64,000 nucleotides of DNA from Octopus sinensis. Lineage: Eukaryota. Below are positions 42,444 through 53,351 of this stretch, in pieces. The stretch spans positions 44,020,001 through 44,084,000 of the forward strand of contig NC_043014.1 in assembly GCF_006345805.1 (NCBI RefSeq). Reading direction: 5' to 3'. Under the pieces are notes generated by a model, which was given only the letters and a program-made list of their open reading frames with translations, had not been told where the DNA came from and made no database searches. The stretch's first letter is position 1; each line of letters starts with the position of its first letter. The position numbers and the translations under genes are program-made.

Positions 42444-45400
42444 ATATATATGTATATATATGTGTATATATATGTATATATATGTGTATATATATATATG
42501 TGTATATATGTTTGTATATATGTAGTTGCTGATATTGTGTTTTTTTAAGTGATTTGTATTAAAATATTTCTCTTAATTTTTCAGGTGCTGTTCAAATAAA
42601 AAGGGAGCCCACAGATTTCTCATGTTCTACAAATCAAGGTAACCCTGGCCCCCTCGGCAGCCTCGCTGCGTTAACGGCACAAGTGAGCTCCAGCCAGACG
42701 TCTTCTATGAACACCCCTACATATCTTCCAACCTCTCAGGCCATCCCAACATATCCATCAGCCACCGTGGTCGCTCCCCCACCCATCAAGCTGGAGCGCA
42801 TGTCACCAGGTAACGGCCCTTTTAGCTGCATGCAGCCAGGAGGTCCACCCCAGCCAGGCCCACCGTCCCAAGCTCAGTTGCAGTCAGTGGCTCTCCATGG
42901 CAACCGTAGTGACTGCCGTTATCCTGGAACCAACACGATGGGCAGCTTGAACATGTATGCACAAATAACGGGTGCACAGCAGCACGCAGCCAATAGAGGA
43001 GAGTTCTTCAGAGAGATCGACAACCTCCAAGCTGCTCAGGCGCAGGCCGCACAAGCGCAGGCCGCACAAGCGCAGGCTGCGCACCAAAGGACGTCGCCGT
43101 TTCGCAAAAGCGGGAGCAACCCGCTGAAGAACCTGGCCCTCATGACCAAATCATCCCCGCCGTTGTTCGTAGCGCCGCAGCCACACCCCGCCGCCGTACA
43201 GATCAAACAGGAGCCCGTCGATTCGTTAATCGGCAGCCCGGCTGTCGTCACGGCCGCGGCGGTACAGCGAAACCAAGGGGCCCACGTGATGAACCCCGAA
43301 CTGTTTGCGCCCCAGGCCACAGGCTTGCCTCGAGGATCGATACCGAGTGGGGCTTTCCCCCCCACCGGCAGCGTCAGTCCTGTCACATTGCAACAGCAGC
43401 TGACGCACTCTCAGCTGTCACCGCACCAACAGCAGCAACAGATTCAGCTGCAGTTACAGCAGCAGCACCTCCAACAGCAACACCACATTCAGCAGCAACT
43501 GCAACACCAACAGCTGCAGCACCAACAGTTACAGCAGCAGCATCAACAGTTACAGCAGCAACTAGAGAGCCGGCGGATACGAAGACCATCGAGTGCTGAG
43601 AGGAGACAATATTGTAAGCACATTTATCTCCCTTTAACTCTGTTTAAAATAATAATGAAATTATTGTATACAGTGCTCAGGTGCACCACAACTTGTCAAA
43701 AGTGCATATAAAGCATATGCAGTAATGTACAAATGTCTGGGAAGTGAACAGTGTATGAGTCAGATACATGCTTGCGAGTGTATGGAGGGGAGAAAATCAG
43801 GTGTAGTGTTGGCGAATCTCGGGAAGCATGGAAGTTTTGAAGGATGCAGTGCTCCGACAACTAACAACTGATGCTGGCAGTTTGTTCCATTCTTCAGCAA
43901 CTCTTAGCATGAAAAAATGTTTCCGAAAGTCATGGGAGCTGTGTTGTTTTCTGAAACATGTCCACGGGTGTTAGACGAGTGGAGTTTGAAAAGGTGCTCA
44001 GAGTTATTGTTTGTAAGATGGTTAATAATTTTATGGGTGTCTGCCAAGTCAGCTGCCAGACGTAGGAGTTTCAACGTATCCATGCTCAGGGAAGGAAGGC
44101 ATTCAGAATATGTCAAATGCCTGATGGAGGGGATATTCTCTTAGTAAATGATAACTTTTACAATAAATAAATCCCAATAACTTTTGAGTAATATGTCGGC
44201 TTTTTACATTAAAGACAAATGGCCTCACTTTTATGGGGAACTAAGTAGGATGTTGTGACGTTCATACCTTTCCTATTAATGTCAGACAAAATATTTATGG
44301 AATTTGTAACATCCCTTTACAATTTAGGTTCAAAATCTCATCACCAGTGTTCCTCAACCCTTATACCCCTGCGTAACACTTAAAATAAATCCCATATCTC
44401 AAGGAACCTCGGCACAAAAAAAATTATATACTCCTAGGCTTACGAACCACATGGTTCTGGGTTCAGTCCCACTGCGTGGCACCTTGGGCAAGTATCTTCA
44501 ACAACCAGTTTTGTTGTGTGATGGAATCTGAGTACTTACAGAGGGGAAATATTTTGAAATTTGCTTAGACCATTCCTGCACAGATTGCAATGTGTCTGCT
44601 TAAAGGCGCAGGAGTGGCTATGTGGTAAGTAGCTTGCTTACCAACCACATGGTTCTGGGTTCAGTCCCTCTGCATGGCACCTTGATCAAGTCTCTTCTAC
44701 TATAGCCTCGGGCCGACCAAAGCCTTGTGAGTGGATTTGGCAGATGGAAACTGAAAGAAGCCCGTCGTATATATGTATATGTATAAGTATATATATGTGT
44801 GTGTTTGTCTCCCCAACATCGCTTGACAACTGATGCTGATGTGTTTTCGTCCCCGTAACTCAGTATTTTGGCAAAAGAGACCGATAGAATAAGTACTAGG
44901 CTTACAAAGAATAAGTCATGGGGTAGATTTGCTTGAGTAAAAGCAGTGCTCCTGCATGGCCACAGTCAAATTACTGAAACAAGTAAATGAGTCGAAGGGA
45001 TTTCTTTCTCATATTTTTTTCATCATAGTTTGTATGGTAAATATATATACATAAATATATAGGGTATCCAGAAATTACAGACATCACTAAATATATCCTC
45101 AATGGCTGTTATATTTTTTTTGATAGCATAATAGGTTAGATAGGATGATATCTATATTACCATATCACAATAACCGATAATGTATTGTGCATGCATAGTA
45201 ATATTATGATCATGAAATTAGCATTAGCTTATCTCACTCTTTCTCACAGAACCCTAAGGTTCTGGTGAACCCCGGTTGAGAAACATGACGAGTCATCACA
45301 GTCAAATTAGCCTTTGATCCTCACTCATCATCATCATCATGTTGGCATGGGTCGGATGGTTTGAATGAGCTGGCGTTAGGTTCCAGTCCTCCGTTTTGGC

Positions 45401-48400
45401 ATGGTTTCTATAGCTGGGTACACTGTGCGGCACAAGTGCTCTTTCACGTGGCACTGGCTTGGGTGCTTCTTTACCTGGCTGTGGCACAGGTGCTTTTTTC
45501 ACGTGACAACAATATGGGTGCTTTCTATGTGGTACCATCACATAAGGATCAAAAAAAAGAAGTACAAGTGAAGTACTGGCATCAATTGATATTCCTATAA
45601 TACATCTTGGATATCAATGAAAGTAAATAGAAGGAAGCTTAAGATGTGAATCAGTTAAAATCAAATATGAAGACAGAGAGGAACACAGTCTTTTCTTGCT
45701 AATGACTCATGTCTTCTCTGCAATTTTTATATTGGAGGGAGATGGTATAGTTTAATCAATCAATCCTCCATATATAACTGGTACTTGCTTTATCAACTTC
45801 CAGATTGCTGTAAAATAATAATAATAATAATAATAATAATAATTGTGTACAGTGCTCAGGTGCACTACAACTCATCTAAAGTGTATATATAATCAGGTGT
45901 AGTTTCGGCGGATTTCGGAAAGCATGGGATCCTGATGGAATGCAAATGTAGAACAGTAGAACAAAGGGGCAGAAGTCTGACTGCTACTACAAGTCATCAC
46001 AAGGGAGCTTCTATGTGGTTGCTGGACCTACTAGAAATAGCAGTCAAGTGTCTCTCTAAATCTAGTTTCCTCTTCCCTGCCTTTATTTTTCTTTTATGAC
46101 ATCCTTTTTTTTTTATGTGACATATTTAACTTGATGCAGGCCACATTCCTGTTGAGATTATCTTTATATATACACACACACATTGTATGAAGAGATGTAA
46201 AAAGAAGTTTGGGCAAATTTGTTCTATGATACAAAGTTACTTCCCTTGTTTACTGTTTCCTAATGCTGCCAGTTTGCCATTTGCATATAATTACAATGTA
46301 GTTCAGTGGGATAGTTATGACTGGAATGCCTTTGAGCATATGTCTGCTCATTTAGAGCTGACTTGGGTCTAAACAACAACACATATTACAAGACATTTGG
46401 TATGGATTCCACCACGTCTCTTTGATCTGTTTAATATACTAAAGAGTGACGTTCCATTGATTACAGTTAGGTCTAACAGTATTAAAATCAAAGATTTTGT
46501 TGATGTCCTTCTTTTAATTCTATATTATTTTCTTTATATTTATTGTCTGAATATGAAAATAGTACAGCTGAAAGGTGTTGATCATCTCCACTAAATTGGA
46601 TTAAAAGTTTTTAAGGGAAAACAAGGCTTATATATTTGAAGGGAGTGGTGAAAGGGTTAAATAGTTCTGTTAAAAGTTAGATTAAATAATTCAAATTCTT
46701 TAAATGAAATTATTGCTTTTAATGTTTTAAAGATTCTTCTTGAGTTTTGTAATGTTTTGAGGTGAATCTTTGAAGGAAATTAAAATTTCAACCCTTTGAT
46801 GTAATATTATAGGATATTTATCTATCTATCTATCTATCATCATTCATCTTGGGCTTCTTTTCTTTCTTTCTTTCTTTGCACAGAATGTTCCTGGCACAGG
46901 TAATTTTCTCTTTTCATATTTTTCTTTTAAAGATATTATTAATTTCATTATTATTATTATTGAGTGAGAGAGCAGTGCATGCCATCAAAGTGACACTGGG
47001 GTAAAATATACAAAGCCCAGTAAACCCATCATGACTGCTTGTCTCATAAGGGTACACTAGGCACATGCATCACAACCATATGTGCGTGACATGGTGATCT
47101 CATATCGAGAAAAACAGCACATGACCTTGCAGGTGGGGCTCAGTTAGAAATTTCTTAAGGTCGAGTAACCCATCTGGCTCAAAAGGTCTTGAGTAACCCA
47201 TCTAGCTCAAAAGGGCTCAGTTAGAAATTTCTTAAGGTCGAGTAACCCATCTGGCTCAAAAGGATGTTGAATGAAACATCCATGGTACCAGAGGTGAATT
47301 ATTCAAACCCCAAGGAATCCCTCTCAATACATGGCTATGATGCTCCCCTACTACTTCTGCTCATGATCAGAGAGGCACATATCGTCAGCCACTCAGGGAC
47401 ATGCTCAACTGGTTATGGTCAAACAATTAGCTAGCAAATATGTGGTATTGAGCAGAATATTTGCTGTAGCCCATCTTTTATACCAAGACAAAACAACATA
47501 CATGATAACACTTCCAATCAGTTAAGATGAGAAGCCATGAGAGCCACTGCCTTATACTGCATCAGGGAATTCATTATTATTATTATTATTAAGGCAATGG
47601 GTAATAGAAGTAGTAGAGTAATAACCAAAATATTGTGTTATTTACTTACGTTCTTTTTAGTTCTGAGTTCAAATTCCTGCCAGCATTCACTTTGTTTTTC
47701 ATTCTACTGTGCTAACCTACCACTTCATATTCACCTTACCTTAATAGTATTAATCTAAATCACTTGAGATACTCGTTCTGCCTTGGTTTTGCATTTTCCT
47801 CTAATATAATATATATATATATAGGCACAGGAGTGGCTGTGTGGTAAGTAGCTTGTTTACCAACCACATGGTTCCGGGTTCAGTCCCACTGCGTGGCACC
47901 TTGGGCAAGTGTCTTCTACTATAACCTCGGGCCGACCAAAGCCTTGTGAGTGGATTTGGTAGACGGAAACTGAAAGAAGCCTGTCGTATATTTATAGATA
48001 TATATATATATATATGTGTGTGTTTGTGTTTGTCCCTCTAGCATTGCTTGACAACCGATGCTGGTGTGTTTATGTCCCCGTTACTTAGCAGTTCGGCAAA
48101 AGAGACCGATAGAATAAGTACTGGGCTTACAAAAGAATAAGTCCCGGGGTCGAGTTGCTCGATTAAAGGCGGTGCTCCAGCATGACCGCAGTCAAATGAC
48201 TGAAACAAGAGTATATATATATATATAATAAAATATTAGGGAATAAATCCAAACTTACAGGGAAAAATCAGATTTAGGATTGAATCCAATTTTATAGTAA
48301 AATATATATATATATATTATATTAAATTAGAGATAAAACCACTATTAGGCAAATCATACAATGAAAAACTTAAGCCAATACATAAGATTAATTAATTTAT

Positions 48401-49025
48401 ATTATTTAAATATATATCAAAATTATTAAAAAAGATAATTAATATAACACTACGATCGAAGAATGACTGTAACTCGAAAATTTTAAGAATTGAACAGCCA
48501 TGAAACGATCGTAGTGTTATATTAATTATCTTTTTTAATAATTTTGATATATATTTAAATAATATAAATGAATTAATCTTATGTATTGGCTTAAGTTTTT
48601 CATTGTATGATTTGCCTAATAGTGGTTTTATCTCTAATTTAATATAATATATATATATATATTTATATATATAAACATTAAAATTGCGAAAGCATGTGAC
48701 TCAATGAATTCTTGCGGTGAAAATAGTGAAAAAGGCACTAAATTTAGTACGAAAGGCACAAAGTTGGCAACCCTGGATGAAGCCTGTCATGAACTCCGAT
48801 ATGTGCAAGCATTGTAAAGACTACTGTGAAAACTTCATAGGGGAGGTAACTCTTTAAAGCTACATAACTCTTGTGGACTTAACTAATTCAAATATTACAA
48901 TGAATACCAAAAATAAGTAGTGGAGTTGATATAATTTATTAAAAGAATTTTAATTTAATACTTACTACTCATTTCTAAATCTCTGCTACACGTGTTTCTT
49001 GAGGTTTATAAAATATATATATGTG

Positions 49026-49092
<67 letters not shown>

Positions 49093-49416
49093 ATAATAAA
49101 TATTAGGGAATAAATCCAAATTTACAGGGAAAAAATCAGATTTAGGATTAAATCGATTTTATAGTAAAATATTATAAAATATTATTAGAGACAAAACCAC
49201 TATTTTGCAAAACAAACAAGGAAAGACTTAATCAATACATAAAATTTTAATAAATAGTCAAAAAAACCGCCACTACAATCGTTTCTTGTCTTGATCGACA
49301 ATCTTCAGGTGGACTTCCAATAATTCAGTGTCAAATTATTTATTAAAATTTTATGTATTGATTAAGTCTTTCCTTGTTTGTTTTGCAAAATAGTGGTTTT
49401 GTCTCTAATAATATTT

Positions 49417-49454
<38 letters not shown>

Positions 49455-49548
49455 CATGTAAAAGAATTTTTATCATTTGTTATATATCTTCTTTTATTTG
49501 TGATCTTTTTCAGTGAGATTTGTTCAGCGCACAGATGGAGGTAACTGA
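15429..49548 (+). CDS. NUGGC: Spliced gene model (5'-incomplete): NUGGC/SLIP-GC-like dynamin-related GTPase C-terminal helical region plus long Q-rich tail
   Basis: Exons 15429-15446 (18 nt), 24128-24286 (159), 37709-37832 (124), 40412-41275 (864), 42585-43613 (1029) and 49514-49548 (35) all have AG/GT boundaries and compatible phases (0,0,1,1,1), total 2229 nt = 742 aa + stop. The joined peptide [73 protein letters not shown] matches the recalled NUGGC-family pattern Y-x-x-[CA]-x4-G-x-G-x3-R-[MV]-K...MF. Family assignment is from memory and needs a BLAST/HMM check; no P-loop is seen in the window. Confidence 0.6.
16125..16680 (+). mobile_element. ~550-bp interspersed element with (AAT)n tail, inserted in AAT-rich tracts
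   Basis: Homologous copies at ~46945-47575(-) and ~58145-58745(-) share near-identical 5' and 3' boundaries. Confidence 0.7.
19232..19585. repeat. 62-bp tandem array (~6 copies) from RTE 3'UTR
   Basis: Unit ccagcctcgtctggcacctgtgtcggtggcacataaaaacaccatccgagcgtggccgttcg. Confidence 0.85.
23274..23740. mobile_element. Diverged fold-back element (~165-bp arms)
   Basis: caagttaggcaagt...gggtc versus gacc...acttgcctaacttg are reverse complements with scattered mismatches. Confidence 0.7.
23414..23449 (-). ncRNA. Degenerate hammerhead-like core
   Basis: Minus strand CTGATGA tgg...tca GAAA CAGCTG TC; palindromic stem III ACAGCTGT; stem I is poorly paired. Confidence 0.4.
24128..24286 (+). CDS. 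NUGGC: Coding exon [23 protein letters not shown]...SQMRILQ
   Basis: gtgttgcag| acceptor, cag|gtgggt donor, 53 codons open, complex unique sequence. Confidence 0.85.
25475..25810 (+). mobile_element. SINE family D (tRNA head, gagcaagacactttatttc segment)
   Basis: Related copies at ~52154-52480(-), partial ~3000-3160(+) and ~31360-31600(-). Confidence 0.7.
26865..27025. mobile_element. Fold-back family copy ending in an 84-bp perfect spacer-less palindrome (26937-27020)
   Basis: ...ccactattaggcaaatc|gatttgcctaatagtgg...; the same left end as 48232 and 49097. Confidence 0.8.
29060..29690. repeat. Compound (CACT)n/(CACTA)n minisatellite
   Basis: Repeated cactccactcactcactcccc-type units; explains the THS/LTPLH ORFs. 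Confidence 0.9.
31950..32725 (-). repeat. Tandem array of four SINE B copies (~184-bp unit)
   Basis: tatttcttta(t/c)taccc recurs at ~31952, 32127, 32311 and 32495. Confidence 0.85.
37143..37551 (-). mobile_element. Helentron/HINE-like non-autonomous element
   Basis: cccgagcaatgccgggcgatactgctagt is the reverse complement of the 8482 start; tatatataaagctgaagttg at the other end. Confidence 0.5.
37709..37832 (+). CDS. NUGGC: Coding exon [41 protein letters not shown]
   Basis: tttctctacttattgcag| acceptor, gaaa|gtaagt consensus donor, phase 0-1. Confidence 0.85.
39830..40260. repeat. ~137-bp dimeric tandem repeat within RTE 3'UTR
   Basis: ggtaacgatcac recurs at 39891, 40028 and 40166; each unit has two related subunits. 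Confidence 0.7.
40412..41275 (+). CDS. Large exon: end of helical region then polyQ/P-rich low-complexity region
   Basis: Long T-rich tract plus ttttaaag| acceptor in phase 1 (a|gt = Ser), ORF 40294-41280, donor ccag|gttagt; Q25 tract at 40633-40707. Confidence 0.9.
42585..43613 (+). CDS. Large exon: P/Q/A/S-rich low-complexity region
   Basis: tcttaatttttcag| acceptor in phase 1 continues into ORF 42683-43711; donor tatt|gtaagc; GC-rich codon-like composition against an AT-rich background. Confidence 0.9.
43660..44125 (-). mobile_element. CR1-type LINE 3' fragment
   Basis: Minus strand translates [17 protein letters not shown]...LFKLHPSNTRGH, the CR1 ORF2 C-terminal pattern; same 3'UTR as 63180-63440. 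Confidence 0.75.
44345..45288. mobile_element. hAT-like MITE with nested SINE insertions
   Basis: TIR-like cagtgttcctcaacc ... ggttgagaaacatga; SINE pieces at ~44437-44500 and 44605-44990 lie inside. Confidence 0.5.
46884..46899 (+). other. Candidate 16-nt cassette micro-exon
   Basis: (CTTT)n polypyrimidine tract plus gcacag|AATGTTCCTGGCACAG|gtaatt; splicing from 43613 creates T|AA, a stop codon. Confidence 0.45.
48232..48655. mobile_element. Fold-back family copy (145-bp arms, 47-nt spacer with truncated hammerhead core)
   Basis: Arms 48314-48458 and 48506-48650; spacer and junction read GAAGA atgactgt...acagccat GAAACGATCGTA gtgt. Confidence 0.8.
49097..49420. mobile_element. Fold-back family variant (84-bp arms, 80-nt spacer containing a hammerhead)
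   Basis: Arms 49173-49256 and 49337-49420; flanked by long (TA)n tracts. Confidence 0.8.
49270..49312 (-). ncRNA. Minimal type I hammerhead, near-intact, in the loop of a fold-back
   Basis: Minus strand ccac CTGAAGA ttgtc-gatcaa-gacaa GAAA cgattg TA gtgg: stem I 4 bp, stem II 5 bp, stem III near-palindrome ACGATTGT. Confidence 0.75.
49514..49548 (+). CDS. Probable last coding exon ([11 protein letters not shown])
   Basis: ttgtgatctttttcag| acceptor; phase 1 from 43613 gives an open frame to TGA at 49546-49548, followed by a long TE-free 3'UTR-like region. An internal gag|gtaact donor at 49540 is an alternative. Confidence 0.55.
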
Positions 49549-52050
49549 ATTCATGCTTGCTGTAAAGGTAAAAAAAAAAATTCGAAGAAGGAAAGAAACA
49601 GCCATGTGATATGAAAGACTACTCGGTTGACTCACTCTGCTGGATGACAAGGTCATGGAAAGCAACAAGCACAAAATAAAGAAATCCTATGGAAGAAATT
49701 GGATCGAAACCACACATACATAAAAACAAAAAAAATTAAATAAATTGAAGTATTTTGTACTGAGAAGAAAGATAAAAAAAAAAACGAAAATATTCAAAGA
49801 AACTAATTAAATACCTTTAACTGGTCAGATGAACAACTTTCAAAAAACAAAAAGCGAAAAAAAAAAAGGCTGTGTCCACTGAACCGAGGAAGGATTTATG
49901 GGCAATAATTCCTCTTCAGTGATTGGTTGAATATAGTTTGACATGTGACCTCAGTGATTAGTGTGGTATTATATATATGTTTATATATATATACGTATAT
50001 ATATCATTTCTACTGCATGGCTTTGGTTTTGAAGAATAATTTTACAAATACACCCACGGACACTTTTAACGTGTGTACGTGCACTCACATTCAATCACAC
50101 CAAGACATATCTATCTAATCTTCTCAGTGACCATTTGTTGATCATCTCTGATCAAAGACTTGTGAAATACACCACCACCCTCTTCAGTGTTTGGTCTATT
50201 CAGACAGCATGTTAACTGCCCTCTCAACGTGCTTACACTTCATTGTTCTGTTATATTCTGAACAAATTCTCTACCTTACCCTTGCAAAAATATGACAAGA
50301 AGCAAAGTGAAAGTGAAAGTTGAAATTTAAATATAAAAAGCAAAAAAATTCAATGAAGAAATAATGTCCTCATTTGTCTTGTCTCCCCTTCCATACCATT
50401 TTTTTATAAGAGAAAACAAAAACAAACAAACAAGCATATTTTAAAAAGAATTCAGAAAAACAAAAACATTTCAAAATGACGTTTTGGGTGTATTTTTTTT
50501 TGTCTTTCTCCCCACCATTCACAAATCTGTATTTTCAAGCCGTATTACTGTCTGGTCAGTATTGGGTGATAATTTGAGGGGAGGGGGTGTGCTGAAAATG
50601 CTACATAGTAAAATCTTTTTAAATCCCCCCCCCCCATGTTTTTTTGTTTGTTTTTTTACTAAACATTGACAAACATCTGAATATTCTTTTTTTTTTTTTT
50701 TAAATCACAAAAATATAAATTTCTTCTGCAAAAAAAAAAAAAATTAAAGTGAAGAAAAAAAAACTAAAAATAAAGTGGATACTACATTCTTTGAATCAAG
50801 CCTGTTGATTATTATAATGATGTGATGATTAATGAAATGAAGTTTAATAACTTTTATCAAATGAAATGGACTTCTTTGAGAAGAAGACGAATTTTTACCA
50901 CTGGTATTGAAGTTTGATTTCTTCAGATACATTTAAAAAAAAAAAATTCGAAAACCCTACATTAATAAACAGATGTATACATACACAAATCAACTGTAAG
51001 CATGTATGTATACGTGTGTGTATATGTACACATATATATAAATATATATTTACATATATATACTCATTCAAAAACACACACATTATTTTATCACATGAAA
51101 TTCATCTGTTGTTGGTTTTTTGTCCTAATGGTTTTTACTTATTTATTTTTTCACATTTTTCATGCAAATTTATTTTGTATTCTTCCCTTCTTAAGTATTC
51201 TTCGTGTTTTTATTTTGTTTTTTTTTATAATTAATTTTAAAGTATTTGTTTCGTTAAGTTTTTGTTATCTTTTTTCTAATCCCTTCCCCCCATCCATCAA
51301 TGTTAGAAAAATATCCCAAGCCATTTAAGGCCATCATGCCGCTTCCCTTTTCCATAGTATCTACCAACCAACCAACCAGCCATTCATTCAAGCGCCCAAC
51401 CATTCTATGTCTGCTGCTGTCCTCAAACAAACCCAACCCAATGCAATTCCTTGTTTTTTTTTTTGTTATCATCCTTTCCCTTCTCTCTCTCTCTATATAT
51501 ATATATATTAAATAACTTTACCTTGTTTCGTCTGTCCCTTACGCCCCCTCAGATATTGCCAACTATTTGTAAAAAAAATATAATTAAAAAAGAAAAAAAG
51601 TATATAAAGGTTATAAAAAAAAAACAACACCACCACCACCACATTCTAAAAACTAAAAAAATTATCCACAGATTTGCTAAGAGAAAGTCACTTCCTATCT
51701 GTCTTAGTTCTTACTCTATATTCTGTTGATTCAAAGACGGTTGGAAGGGCAATCTTCCTTCCAACCTGCAATTTACAGCAATTACAACAGATTAAACAAA
51801 CTAACAAAAAAAAAAGTGAAAACAAAATAAAAAAAAAATAAATATATAAAGTGTAGAGTGAAGGACAGATTGTTTTTGACTGGCAAAATGTGTAACGTTG
51901 TACAGAGGTGTCAGATAGAAACAGGTGGTTACTTGTAGCAATGATTTCTTGTGGAAAATATATTTAATGTAAAAAGCAATGTCAAGACAGAAAAAATAAT
52001 TACAAAATAAGTTAATAAATCAACTTTGCCAATATATGTGTGCTTTTTTT
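49549..52050 (+). other. Probable 3'UTR with poly(A) signal AATAAA at 52014-52019
   Basis: About 2.5 kb with no SINE/LINE copies, A/U-rich; AATAAA followed by a U/GU-rich downstream element; repeats resume at ~52150. Confidence 0.5.
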
Positions 52051-52799
52051 TCTTTTTCATTGATTATCTTGTTTTCTTTCCCCTTTTTATTATCAAAACA
52101 TCAGTAAATGTACTACTATTTGCTGTTTATATATATGTATGTATGTATATAAAGACCCCATCCTTCAGTCATGAATGACCATGGGATTGCACCTAGAAAG
52201 TTACCCTCCAAGGCACAAGTTCAGGCAGGGTTGTTTTTATGAAAGACCAGCAGTCACCCATGCAGACCAACCTCTCATCTCCACGACACCGATGTTATCC
52301 AAGGGAAAGGCAAAGGCTGATTTCAGCTTGGCACCAGTGACAACACAAACTCATTTCTACAGCTGAGTGAACTGGAGTAACATAAAGTGTCTTGCTCAAG
52401 AGCATAACACACAGCCTAGTCCAGGAATCAAACACACTACCTCATGATAGTTAGCCTGACGATCTAACTACTGAGCCACAACAACATCATCATCATCATC
52501 ATCATCGTTTAACGTCCGTTTTCCGTGCTAGCACAGGTTGGACGGTTCGACCAGGGTCGGGGAAGCCAGGAGGCTGCACCAGGCTCCAGTCTTATCTGGC
52601 AGTGTTTCTACAGCTGGATGCCCTTCCTAACGCCAACCACTCTGTGAGTGTAGTAGGTGCTTTTTACGTGCCACCGGCACAGAAGCTAGTCAAGGCGGCA
52701 CTGGCATCAGCCACATTTGGATGGTGCTTTTTATGTGCCACCTGCACAGGTATCACAACTACAATTTCCATTTGATATTTATTTTGATGTTGATGATAT

Positions 52800-53319
52800 A
52801 TATATATTTAGATTCAGATGAATATGGTACTTAAGTTAAAGGCACCAGAATTTAGTATGGTATTATCCATATAATTTAAAATAAGGTGTTATAATCAAAA
52901 TAAGCAATAAGGGTATCCAGAGGTAATGCAGTGCGGTTGTTTCATGCAACTCCATTTAATTGAACAATGCAAATATTACATCAATTTAAAATGTAGAGCA
53001 ATCTTCAGCTGCACAAAAAACATAGAATTTAATTAAATTTGAAGGACTCCTTAGTATAATTTTATCCAAAATCTCCAAGAAGATAAGGAGATAGACAAAG
53101 AACATGTTTTACCAACAACATCACAGTTGTAACTCCTTATCCTCTTGGAGATTTTGGATAAAATTATACTAAGGAGTCCTTCGAATTTAACTAAATTCTA
53201 TATTTTTATGCAGCTGAAGATTGCTCTACATTTTAAATTGATGTAATATTTGCATTGTTCAATTAAATGGAGTCACATGAAACAATCGTACTGCATTACC
53301 TCTGGATATCCTTGTTGCT

Positions 53320-53322
<3 letters not shown>
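52800..53322. mobile_element. Fold-back element (~190-bp arms, 42-nt spacer)
   Basis: Arms 52900-53090 and 53133-53322; a hammerhead-like motif in each arm; TA flanks. Confidence 0.75.
53209..53295 (+). ncRNA. Hammerhead-like motif with extended stem II region
   Basis: tgcag CTGAAGA [58 nt] GAAA caatcg TA ctgca: perfect 5-bp stem I, stem III one change from ACGATCGT. Confidence 0.55.

Positions 53323-53351
<29 letters not shown>

Noticed and set aside
40431-43589. Minus-strand and alternate-frame ORFs over the Q-rich exons
   Set aside because: Shadow frames of CAG/CAA-rich coding sequence.
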